NCBI GenBank assembly: GCA_013203315.1
Contig: JABMQJ010000005.1
Coordinates: 1-49,885 of the forward strand
Length of the DNA stretch: 49,885 bases
Source of the DNA: Candidatus Omnitrophota bacterium
Lineage (GTDB): Bacteria; Omnitrophota; Gorgyraeia; JABMRN01; RBG-13-46-9
Direction: 5' to 3'
Part shown: positions 1 to 8,472 of the stretch, in pieces
Layout of the letters: each line of letters starts with the position of its first letter
How positions within the stretch are numbered: the first letter of the stretch is position 1
Position numbers and translations under genes: made by a program
The notes under the pieces: generated by a model
What the model was told of the DNA's origin: nothing
The model's database searches: none
What the model saw: the letters and a program-made list of their open reading frames with translations, nothing else

Positions 1-1185
1 ATCGTTACGGTCATAGTAGTAAGCGGACATATACAAAGATGAGTATGTCTTTTGGCTGTCGAGATTGAACGTTGCCTTAAGCGAAGGATTCAGGGTGTAG
101 CTTATATTTTGATCGGAATAATAGCTCTGGTAGCAATTGAGATAATTGTAGGAGAGCATCTTATAGACTTCTATATTTGTGCCTTCACGGGGCTCATATT
201 TATAGAGGGTCCCGTCCGAACATATTACCTTATTGCCTTCCAGATAAAATGTATTCCCTTGGTTATCCATTATTTCTTTAAGCTTTACGACATATACCGT
301 ATTTCCTTCTTGGATTTCTTCCACTTCTTCGTAGATATATCTTATGCCGTTTTCATCGGTAGCGGAGGAAAGTACGCCTCCTGTATATTCAATGGTTTTG
401 CCTGTATTAAATTCGACTTTCTTAAGTAGGCCTTCACTATCGTAATAACAGGTTTTTTCCGCATCGGTAAGAACTGTTTCGAGAACGTTATCTTCGGCAT
501 CAAGAGTATAGGAGTAAGTTACAACCGTTCCATCGCTATAAACAACCGACGCGATAAGGCCTTCATATACTCCTTCTGTGCAATAATTAAATATGGTTTC
601 GTCAGGGGTGATTATCCGGGTAACCTTTCCGGCTTCCAGAATTTGTATCGTTCCGTCCGTGTATTCTATTATGGCATCAAGAAGCTGGCCGGCATCGTCT
701 AATACGATATCTCTTATAATGGTGCCGTCGGCTTTTTCGACTCTTTCTATTGCATTATCCCGGTAGTAGATAATATCGCCGTCCTGGGTGGTAATGGAGA
801 AAACTGTATCTTCAGTAGGCGGGTCGCCTTCACCTTCTACTGCTGGCTCGTTTCCTATGGGGGTTTGGCTTATTTCTATAGCACCGTTAGGACCTTGCAA
901 CTCAAGAGACGCCTCTTCCTCCGGCTCAGCAGCGGTTAAATCATTTTGGGTAAACGTGGCGAGGGCATTTTCGATGTCCTTCTGCTTGCTAATAAGGTTT
1001 TCTTGCACGGCTTGTTGGTTCTGAAGGTACTCGGGCGCAAACATCTGGGTTTGTTCTACGGCGGCTTCCTCCAGCGCGACGTTTATGAAGTCTCCTGCCC
1101 ATGCAATTTGGTTCCATAAAAAAATCCCGGCTATGCAAGCCGAGATTGTCTTAAAAACTATTCTTAATTTATGTGGCCACATCAT
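1..1185 (-). CDS. Giant secreted YD/RHS-like repeat protein, N-terminal 395 aa (runs off the window); paralog of 15158..20488
   Basis: Not in the ORF track. Manual translation gives an open frame from ATG at 1185 (GGAGGT SD just upstream) to position 1: MMWPHKLRIVFKTISACIAGIFLWNQIAWAGDF...QMFAPEYLQNQQ...LELQGP...NPSLKATFNLDSQK. This is colinear with the 1776-aa protein (SQIAWAGE, QFAPDYVNNQQ, IELQGP, NPSLKATFNLDGAK). Confidence 0.9.
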   Translation of the reverse strand, partial: MMWPHKLRIVFKTISACIAGIFLWNQIAWAGDFINVALEEAAVEQTQMFAPEYLQNQQAVQENLISKQKDIENALATFTQNDLTAAEPEEEASLELQGPNGAIEISQTPIGNEPAVEGEGDPPTEDTVFSITTQDGDIIYYRDNAIERVEKADGTIIRDIVLDDAGQLLDAIIEYTDGTIQILEAGKVTRIITPDETIFNYCTEGVYEGLIASVVYSDGTVVTYSYTLDAEDNVLETVLTDAEKTCYYDSEGLLKKVEFNTGKTIEYTGGVLSSATDENGIRYIYEEVEEIQEGNTVYVVKLKEIMDNQGNTFYLEGNKVICSDGTLYKYEPREGTNIEVYKMLSYNYLNCYQSYYSDQNISYTLNPSLKATFNLDSQKTYSSLYMSAYYYDRND

Positions 1186-1216
1186 GGCGCACCTCCCATT
1201 TTTTGTAAACACCCTA

Positions 1217-1245
1217 ATTTTAGCAGAAAATTTACCTTTTGTCAA
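1217..1245 (-). promoter_or_regulatory. sigma70-type promoter for the giant protein gene
   Basis: Minus strand TTGACA-17 nt-TAAAAT, with TGn before the -10, ~30 nt upstream of the start codon. Confidence 0.65.
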
Positions 1246-1366
1246 GGATAATTTGATTATTTATCAAAATACATGTTATAAAAAAGTGAGGGTCACAATC
1301 CCTTTTGTTTTATGTATTTAGTATACCTATGCTATCGGTTTCTGTGGTAACAGGAATGTAAAAACT

Positions 1367-1459
1367 TGTATCTTAGAGGTGGTGACGCTTCGTGTTGCCC
1401 CATATCTTCTTTTTTTTCGAAGACGAAACGAAACACTCCGACGATGATGGGATCAAATT
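1367..1459 (-). pseudogene. Decayed duplicate of the 3' end of the HD-GYP gene (direct repeat of 6326..6417)
   Basis: tgtatcttagaggtggtgacgcttcgtgttgccccatatcttc... aligns with tgtattttagaggtggtggcgctttgtgttgccccatatcttc...; it has an extra T in a homopolymer (frameshift) and CAA->TAA. Confidence 0.9.
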
Positions 1460-1480
1460 ACGCTGTGGAGCCATAAGGGA

Positions 1481-2371
1481 TTATTTATTTCTTGCCAAGT
1501 TGGGCTGCTGATAGAAAACGATAGCATTCTCAATCCAGCCATCCGTATGTGTTGCATCTTCAATTATAATAATCTGGGCACACGCGGGATTGCCGGCTGA
1601 ATCCACGAAGCTCTCCGCGACAGTGCGCGGAATGATCCTGTCTTTTGCGGCGACAAAATGTCGTTGCGGAAGTGCCTTTAGTAGATATGCTTCATCGATA
1701 GGGTTTAAAGAGTTTGTCATGGGGGACACATTGTGATATTTACTCACGGCTTCAGAATCCAGGTTACCGGCAATAGTCGTTAAACTTAAAACGTCCTGAC
1801 GCCTTGAGGCGATCAACGCCGCTATGGCGGCGCCGCCGGAATATCCTATAAGATTTATTCCTTCGGACCGCGAAATATTCAAAAGATCGTCAATGGCCCG
1901 ATTCATCGATTCCACAACAGTGTTTGAAAAACGGCTATCTGACCAATATACAGGATCGCACGCGGGATAACCCCTATCGGCATATTGACCGGGCCTGGCA
2001 ATATAGGCTACATTTAGAGATGGGTCTCGTGAAGCAAGTTTTAAAACAAGCGGATTTCGCGGTGTTGGGTCCTTTGAAAGGCGTCTCCTTGTTTCCCAGG
2101 CGGCTCCATCACCTTCGATATATACCGTTAAAGGTTTACCGGGTAGGTCAAAACGATAATAAGACGTAAGCGTAAAAGGATCTGTTTCTATAAATGTTTT
2201 TTTTAATTTGGCTTCGGAGGCGATTTTATCGGCTCCTGAATAGCGGCCGTTAAAACAGGCTCTGGTTGCGCAACCAGAGCCTGTGATCAAAAAAAACAGA
2301 AAAAAAACTCCTATGAGGTTTTTGATAAAATTGCTTCTTCGGGTTTTATCCACGCATGCCTTAGAAATCAT
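1481..2371 (-). CDS. alpha/beta hydrolase, probable lipoprotein
   Basis: GYSGG nucleophile elbow, VYIEGDG motif, C-terminal Asp/His (KDRII, ATHTDGW), hydrophobic stretch ending ITGSGC (lipobox-like). The true start may be slightly downstream. Confidence 0.8.
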   Translation of the reverse strand: MISKACVDKTRRSNFIKNLIGVFFLFFLITGSGCATRACFNGRYSGADKIASEAKLKKTFIETDPFTLTSYYRFDLPGKPLTVYIEGDGAAWETRRRLSKDPTPRNPLVLKLASRDPSLNVAYIARPGQYADRGYPACDPVYWSDSRFSNTVVESMNRAIDDLLNISRSEGINLIGYSGGAAIAALIASRRQDVLSLTTIAGNLDSEAVSKYHNVSPMTNSLNPIDEAYLLKALPQRHFVAAKDRIIPRTVAESFVDSAGNPACAQIIIIEDATHTDGWIENAIVFYQQPNLARNK

Positions 2372-5300
2372 ATTTTACAGTTACAACACCTGAATGACCG
2401 ACCAAATCTCTCCTGAGCTGGCAATCATAACTGGCCGTTATGGAAACACCTAAATCCGTGTCCAATGAAAGCGATGCTCCGAGATCATGGGTATTTCGAT
2501 CGGGCCTGACTCCATATGTATCAAATGCTGTGCCTCCGCCTTCGTAAGTATTTCCAATTGATTGCTGCATCTTGCCTACAAAATCATGCAGCCATACCCA
2601 ACGAAATTCGGGCGTTACCTCATATCGTGACAATTTCAAGGGATAATTAACTTTAACGCCCACGCCGGATTGCACGAGATCGTAGTCCTGGCTGCCAATA
2701 TTAAGATTAAGCGCGCCTGCTTCGGTTTCTTTGTAGGCGTTCAGATGTAAGTGCATATACTGCATGGATCCTATAGGAGTGATTTCAAGCCCCTTCCCCT
2801 TGTTAAATGTATATCCCATGCCGAGGTATCCTGAATATTGCTGGCCATAATAATCCGAATTTGCCGTACGCCAAGCGTTCGCAATTCTAATGTTTCTCTT
2901 GCCAAGATATTTGTTAAGAGCAAAACTAAATGCGGCATCAAAATAAAGAGAATTCCAGTCATAGGTCCCGTACGTTGTCACCTGTGAGCTGTGAATTATT
3001 GTGCGATTGTTTTTGTTCTTTGAATTCACATAGCCGTTTACATAGCCGCCGCTTAATCCTACTTTCGAATTATGAGAAATTATCTCTCTATCTGCCCCGG
3101 CTGTAACCCCCCATAAGGCCGCTTTGTAACCGTCTATGCCGTTACTGCTATATTGATGCAGATAATTACCGAATCCTTCGCCCCAAATTTCTATGCCTTT
3201 TTTTGTTTCATCGCCTGTCGAGATTCCGGTTCTTGCCGTATTCTTTGCCAGTCTCACAACGCTCAAGCGCCTTTCAACGGTATTAATTGACTGATTCAGT
3301 GCCGAATAGCTCGCCTGAATCGTACCATTATCTACCGACGGATAATAAGTCGCCACGCTTGCGCCTATTTCACTCGCAGGAGAAGCTTCCAGGGTATTCA
3401 AAATATTAAGCATATCAGCCGTGGCATTAGGATCCGCACCTGCTGCTTCAAGCGCTGTTGCCGCAGCCGAGGCATCACTATCACCTAATGTTGAAGCTAT
3501 AGCAGCAAAAGAATTAGTACGGTTTGCAACTAATATAAGATCTCCTAACAACGAAGTTCCCGTAAATGTAACGAAGGTGCTGTTATCCGTTATTGACGGG
3601 ACGTTTACACCCCCGCCACCAGCTCCGTCAACGACCGTGTATGTTGTTCCGTCAGGTATAAAATCGCTGGTAACAGAAACGTTTACCGTACTTCCGGTAT
3701 TCACCACTGCATTGCCGGAGCCTACAACTTGGCCTGACGAAGTACCGGCTACGCCAAGCATAAGCGTTGTATTGTCGCCTTGCGTATAAACTCCGGATGC
3801 CCCGTCCAAAGTAAGCGTACTGGTTCCAATACTTAAAGTGCTTGTGTCGGCAAGAGTAAAATTACCGGTAATAGTCCTGTCAGCATTTACCGCGACCGTC
3901 GCCGCATTGTTAGCTGTGGTAGTGGTAGCGACAACGTCATGCCCAAGGGTAAATGTACCACCGTTTAGGTTAAGGGCCGCCAATCCAAAACCGGCAGCGC
4001 CGATAGTGCCGCCTGAAGTTGAAGTGCCAAGATAGGTTAATGTTCCCTGGTTGTTGGCGCTGGTTGTAACGGCCATGCTCGGTGACAGTCCGTCCGTAAC
4101 GTTTACTGTTCCGGTGCCTGAGAAAGTAAGCGCATCGCCTGTGGCAGAGGCATTCTGAATATTGAGCACACCCGCATTTACCGTGGTGGTCCCGGTGTAA
4201 GTGTTGGCGCCGGAAAGATTTGTTGTGCCTGCTGTGGTTTTGGTCAGGCCGCTGGCTCCGCCAAGTATGGCTGAAACATCGCCGGCCTGCATATCATAAT
4301 CCCCTTGGCTAATTAATGTGCCGCTAGTGCCGCTGATGGTACCGCCGGTCTGTTGAAGGATTATGACGGTTTCATCGAACGACTGAATGTTGAAAGTGCC
4401 GGAGCTTACGGCGACACTACTCCCATTCGCTATCTGGTCGGATGCCAGCAGCTTCGCAGTACCGCCTGCCACCGTTAGGTTGCCGTCGATCGCGCCAGCG
4501 GCTGCATTTAGGTCAAGCTCGCCCTCGCTTACCGTGGTGGTCCCGGTGTAAGTGTTAGCACCGGTTAAAGTGAGAGTGCCTGCGCCGTCTTTTGTGAGAG
4601 TGTTTGCGCCGGTGCCAATAATGCCTGATATAGTGGTATTGCCACCACCTCCAACTGTGAGACCAAAGGCACCGCCGGTCGCGCCGCTAAGTGTAAGAGT
4701 GCCGTCATCTGAGTTGATACGCGTAGCACTTCCTAGCGTTATATCCCCCGCCCAACTGTTATTGCCACTTATGTTCCTAAGCGCACCGGCGCCTTCAATA
4801 CCGGTGCCGTTTAAGGTTAATGCTTCGGCTCCTACTGTGATGTCTCCTTGAGTCTCAAGAGCTGCGCCATCCGTTACTGTAACGCCTCCTGCCGTGGTGC
4901 CTGTGGCAGTGGCCCTCCGAATATTGAGCACACCCGCACTTACCGTGGTAAGCCCGGTGTAACTGTTGCTACTGCCTATAGTGAAAGTGCCTGAGCCGTC
5001 TTTTGTGATAGTGCTTGCGCTGGGGGCAATACTAGATGAGCCAGCAATAGTGGTATTGCCACTGCCTCCTACTGTGAGAGCAAAGCCGTCGAGGAAGATG
5101 CTCACCCCGCTAAGTGTAAGAGTGCCGGAATCTGAGTTGATACGCGTAGCACTTCCTAGCGTTATCTGTCCTCCCCAATCGTTATCGCCACTTATGTTCC
5201 TAAGCGCACCGGCACCTTCGATACCGGTGCCATTTAAGGTTAATGCTTCGCCTCCTACTGCAATGCCTCCTTGAGTCTCAAGAGCCGCGCCATCCGCTAC

Positions 5301-6200
5301 TGTAGTACCCCAGGCCGTAGTGCCTGTGGCAGAGTCATTCCGGATATTGAGCACACCCGCATTTACCGTGGTGGCCGCGGTGTAGGTGTTGGCGCCGGAA
5401 AGAATCGTTGTGCCTGCTGTGGTCTTGGCCAGGCCGCTGGCCCCGCCAAGTATGGCTGAAACAGTGCCGGCCTGCATATTAAAATCCGAACTGCTGGTTA
5501 ATGTGCCGCTGGTGCCGCTGATGGTACCGCCGGTCTGTTCAAGTGACATGACCTTGTCATCGAACGACTGAATGTTGAAGGTGCCGGAGTTGACGACGAG
5601 GAACGCATCATCCGCTATCTGGGCGGATGCCAGCAGTTTCGCGGTACCGCCGGCCACCGTTAGGTCATCGGCGAGCGCACCACCGGCCGCATTTAGGTCA
5701 AGCTCGCCTGCGTTTACCGTGGTAAGTCCAGCGTAAGTGTTGACACCGGTTAAAGTAAGAGTTCCTGTGCCGTCTTTTGTAAGCCCACCCGCGCCACTAA
5801 GGGTCTGGCTAAGAGCGATACTTCCGGTGTTGGCTGTAAAGGTACGTGTGGCACCCATAATCATAGGGATATCGATCGTTTGGAGGCTGATACTATCGTT
5901 CGCGACGTTGCCGCCCAGCGTGATTCGGTTGCCTTCGAGCGTGAACGTGCTAGCGCCGGCATTAAAGGTGATGCCACCAAAATTCGTATCGGCGACAATG
6001 TCGTTGTTGGGCGTGAGTCTCGTAGCCCCGTCGAAAAACAATGCATCATTGGCAATGGGTGCTGCGCCGCCCCAGTTGTCGCCGGTATTCCAGTTATTAT
6101 TAAGCCCGCCGCCGTTCCAAGTTTTGTCTGCCGCAAAAGCTGTGGAGAAAAAAGAAAAGGCATATATAACCACTGTTGACACTGCTAATATTTTTCGCAC
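2361..6200 (-). CDS. Autotransporter (type Va) with autotransporter-associated beta-strand (PATR) repeats
   Basis: Signal peptide (AFA-A), repeated LTKxGxGTLTLxGxNTYTGxTTVxxGxL motifs, C-terminal beta-barrel (WGEGFG...VTVKYDF) ending in Phe. Confidence 0.92.
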   Translation of the reverse strand: MRKILAVSTVVIYAFSFFSTAFAADKTWNGGGLNNNWNTGDNWGGAAPIANDALFFDGATRLTPNNDIVADTNFGGITFNAGASTFTLEGNRITLGGNVANDSISLQTIDIPMIMGATRTFTANTGSIALSQTLSGAGGLTKDGTGTLTLTGVNTYAGLTTVNAGELDLNAAGGALADDLTVAGGTAKLLASAQIADDAFLVVNSGTFNIQSFDDKVMSLEQTGGTISGTSGTLTSSSDFNMQAGTVSAILGGASGLAKTTAGTTILSGANTYTAATTVNAGVLNIRNDSATGTTAWGTTVADGAALETQGGIAVGGEALTLNGTGIEGAGALRNISGDNDWGGQITLGSATRINSDSGTLTLSGVSIFLDGFALTVGGSGNTTIAGSSSIAPSASTITKDGSGTFTIGSSNSYTGLTTVSAGVLNIRRATATGTTAGGVTVTDGAALETQGDITVGAEALTLNGTGIEGAGALRNISGNNSWAGDITLGSATRINSDDGTLTLSGATGGAFGLTVGGGGNTTISGIIGTGANTLTKDGAGTLTLTGANTYTGTTTVSEGELDLNAAAGAIDGNLTVAGGTAKLLASDQIANGSSVAVSSGTFNIQSFDETVIILQQTGGTISGTSGTLISQGDYDMQAGDVSAILGGASGLTKTTAGTTNLSGANTYTGTTTVNAGVLNIQNASATGDALTFSGTGTVNVTDGLSPSMAVTTSANNQGTLTYLGTSTSGGTIGAAGFGLAALNLNGGTFTLGHDVVATTTTANNAATVAVNADRTITGNFTLADTSTLSIGTSTLTLDGASGVYTQGDNTTLMLGVAGTSSGQVVGSGNAVVNTGSTVNVSVTSDFIPDGTTYTVVDGAGGGGVNVPSITDNSTFVTFTGTSLLGDLILVANRTNSFAAIASTLGDSDASAAATALEAAGADPNATADMLNILNTLEASPASEIGASVATYYPSVDNGTIQASYSALNQSINTVERRLSVVRLAKNTARTGISTGDETKKGIEIWGEGFGNYLHQYSSNGIDGYKAALWGVTAGADREIISHNSKVGLSGGYVNGYVNSKNKNNRTIIHSSQVTTYGTYDWNSLYFDAAFSFALNKYLGKRNIRIANAWRTANSDYYGQQYSGYLGMGYTFNKGKGLEITPIGSMQYMHLHLNAYKETEAGALNLNIGSQDYDLVQSGVGVKVNYPLKLSRYEVTPEFRWVWLHDFVGKMQQSIGNTYEGGGTAFDTYGVRPDRNTHDLGASLSLDTDLGVSITASYDCQLRRDLVGHSGVVTVKYDF
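4155..5785 (-). repeat. Internal A-B-B'-A' duplications in the autotransporter passenger
   Basis: ~5340-5785 matches ~4155-4600 (GELDLNAA...QTGGTISGTSGTL...MQAG.VSAILGGASGL), and ~5045-5335 matches ~4630-4915 (DGAALETQG...EALTLNGTGIEGAGALRNISG...ITLGSATRINSD), with high nucleotide identity. Confidence 0.85.
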
Positions 6201-6331
6201 AAATTCCCTTTTATTATGATTTGGATATTATATTATCTACTATTAAGAGTATAGCGTATAAAATGCTCATACACAAATATTTTTTTTCTGCGTAGAACAA
6301 GCACAAGATGGTGTTTTTTGTTATCTGTATT

Positions 6332-7696
6332 TTAGAGGTGGTGGCGCTTTGTGTTGCCCCATATCTTCTTTTTTTCGAAGGCGAGGCGAAACGCTCCTAC
6401 AATGATAGGGTCAAATTGTGTGCCGGACTTTTCTTGAATCTCATTTATGGCAATTTCCGGAGATTTTCCGCGGCGGTAGGGTCTGTCTGTAGTCATGGCA
6501 TCGAATGCGTCACATACCGCGATTATCCTGGCCACAAGCGGTATTGCGCTACCCTTTAATTTTTCTGGATAACCGTTTCCGTCAAATTGCTCCTGGTGAT
6601 ACATGACTTCACGCACTACATCATTTAATTCCTTGATAGGTTTTAGAATAGTTGCGCCTATGGCGGGGTGTTCTTTAACTTTCTCAAATTCCTTCTTGGT
6701 AAGCTTGCCATGTTTATTCAGTATCTGGTCTGGAAGGCCTATTTTCCCGACATCATGCAAAAGAGCCGATATGTGTAAGGTTTCCCGAAAATTCTTATAG
6801 GCTTGAGCTTCCGGTATTACATCTAACTCATCGGCTACAGCGAGGCAATATTGAGTTACACGCTCTGTATGACCGTGCGTATAAGGATCTCTTGCGTCGA
6901 TGGCCGCCGCGAGTGCAATCGCGGTATGGACGAAGACGCGGTGCTCTCTTGTATATAAATCCTTGATTTCGTCGATCCGATATTGCAGGCTTTCGATAAG
7001 CTGGGCATTTGAAATCGCCATGGCCGCGTCATTGGCCAGCGTCATGAAAAAGCCTATCTCCTGCCGGGTGAATTTCTCCTTCGACATCTTATTGCCTAAA
7101 ACAAGAACGCCTATTAAACTCTTTTTGTAGTAAAGCGGTATACAGATATTTGCCTTCAGAAGGTCCATCTGCCTCAGGACAAGCTCTATTATTTCAGCAA
7201 GTTCCTCAAATTTCGCAAGCGATTCTTTATTTTTTAAAAGCGCAGCAATGTCTTCGTAGACTAAAACGCCGTTTTCCGAAATTACGTAATTTTTTCTTTC
7301 ATTAAAAATCTTAATAAGCGGATTCTCAAATGTCATGCGGATAAAGCCGACGGGAATTTTGACACCGCCCTCGCCTTTACTATCGATGAGGATAAATGAG
7401 TTTTTCTGTTCCTTATATAAGAGGATTGCGGTGTGCGTAATTCCGAGTTGTTCGTCAATGACATTTACGATCATTTTTATCAGGCGCTCGGGCTTTTTGA
7501 AGCGTATCATGAGCCTTGAGGCATTTTCCAGGAAAACCTGATAATCTTTTTCAGGTTTCGGCCACTTCTTTATGTCTTCGGGGTTTATAGGTATAAGTGC
7601 GCCTTCTGTGTCGTTTAGTTTATCTATCATCCACTGTTGAACTTTCGACCAGCCCCTGCGATTTTCGTCGCCGCTTTTTTTAAGCTCCCTATACAT
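6332..7696 (-). CDS. GAF + HD-GYP domain protein (cyclic-dinucleotide phosphodiesterase)
   Basis: ARDPYTHGHTERV, LLHDVGKIG, HQEQFDGNGYP, ARIIAVCDAFDAMTTDRPYR motifs; N-terminal GAF (GVLVLGNK...LANDAAMAISNA). Confidence 0.92.
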   Translation of the reverse strand: MYRELKKSGDENRRGWSKVQQWMIDKLNDTEGALIPINPEDIKKWPKPEKDYQVFLENASRLMIRFKKPERLIKMIVNVIDEQLGITHTAILLYKEQKNSFILIDSKGEGGVKIPVGFIRMTFENPLIKIFNERKNYVISENGVLVYEDIAALLKNKESLAKFEELAEIIELVLRQMDLLKANICIPLYYKKSLIGVLVLGNKMSKEKFTRQEIGFFMTLANDAAMAISNAQLIESLQYRIDEIKDLYTREHRVFVHTAIALAAAIDARDPYTHGHTERVTQYCLAVADELDVIPEAQAYKNFRETLHISALLHDVGKIGLPDQILNKHGKLTKKEFEKVKEHPAIGATILKPIKELNDVVREVMYHQEQFDGNGYPEKLKGSAIPLVARIIAVCDAFDAMTTDRPYRRGKSPEIAINEIQEKSGTQFDPIIVGAFRLAFEKKKIWGNTKRHHL

Positions 7697-8060
7697 TTTT
7701 ACCTTCTTTCACGTGTGCCTTAACTGCCGATTCTAGTTCCTCTAACACGAGTGGTTTTGTAATATATTTGGAGGCTCCTAATTTTTTTGCAGCTTCCATT
7801 TTATCCTGATCTTCGACGGCGCTTACCATTATTACTTTAACATTTTTATCTAGTTTTCTTATCCTCTCTAGGGTCTGGATACCGTCCATTTCCTTCATTT
7901 TAATGTCTAATAGTATTAAATCGGGTTTTTCTTTTCGTAGTATTCTTAATGCTTCGGAACCGCCCAGGGCCACAAAAACCCGGAAATTTCTTTCTTCAAA
8001 AAAATTCTTCACAAAATCGCAAATGTCTATTTCATCGTCAACAACAAGGATCTTTATCAT
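7689..8060 (-). CDS. Single-domain response regulator (receiver)
   Basis: ILVVDDE, DLILLDIKM, IMVSA, YITKP. Confidence 0.93.
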   Translation of the reverse strand: MIKILVVDDEIDICDFVKNFFEERNFRVFVALGGSEALRILRKEKPDLILLDIKMKEMDGIQTLERIRKLDKNVKVIMVSAVEDQDKMEAAKKLGASKYITKPLVLEELESAVKAHVKEGKNV

Positions 8061-8072
8061 ATCAGTGCCTCC

Positions 8073-8456
8073 TTAGAAGCTCTCGGAATATGCCTTATTG
8101 ACCAGTTCCTCCAACTCTCTTAATGAATTAAGTGGCTTGTCAAGATATCCATATGCGCCTGCGTTTTTCAGACGGGCTTTTGTTTTTCCTGCATCGTCAA
8201 AAGCGGTAACAAAGATCACCTTGGTTTTTGGTTGTTTGGATTTTACCATTGCCAATACCTCATCACCGCTTATACCCGGCATCTTTAGATCTAACACGAT
8301 TACATCGGGCTTTTTATCATTAATCAATTCTATCCCCTGCACGCCCTTGGATGCGGTATTTATTTCGTATCCACGAAGCTCAAAATACTCTTTAAGCATA
8401 CTCGTAAATTCTATTTCGTCATCTATCGCTACTATTTTTGGTTTTTTATCTGCCAT
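8073..8456 (-). CDS. Single-domain response regulator (receiver)
   Basis: IVAIDDE, DVIVLDLKMPGISG, IFVTAF, YLDKP. Confidence 0.93.
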   Translation of the reverse strand: MADKKPKIVAIDDEIEFTSMLKEYFELRGYEINTASKGVQGIELINDKKPDVIVLDLKMPGISGDEVLAMVKSKQPKTKVIFVTAFDDAGKTKARLKNAGAYGYLDKPLNSLRELEELVNKAYSESF

Positions 8457-8472
8457 TTGACTTACCTCTTTT

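Noticed and set aside
52-1321. Plus-strand ORFs 52..429, 788..1024 and 1085..1321
   Set aside because: Antisense shadows of the real minus-strand giant protein gene and its promoter.
3421-6219. Many plus-strand Val/Pro-rich ORFs
   Set aside because: Antisense to the Gly/Thr-rich autotransporter repeats.
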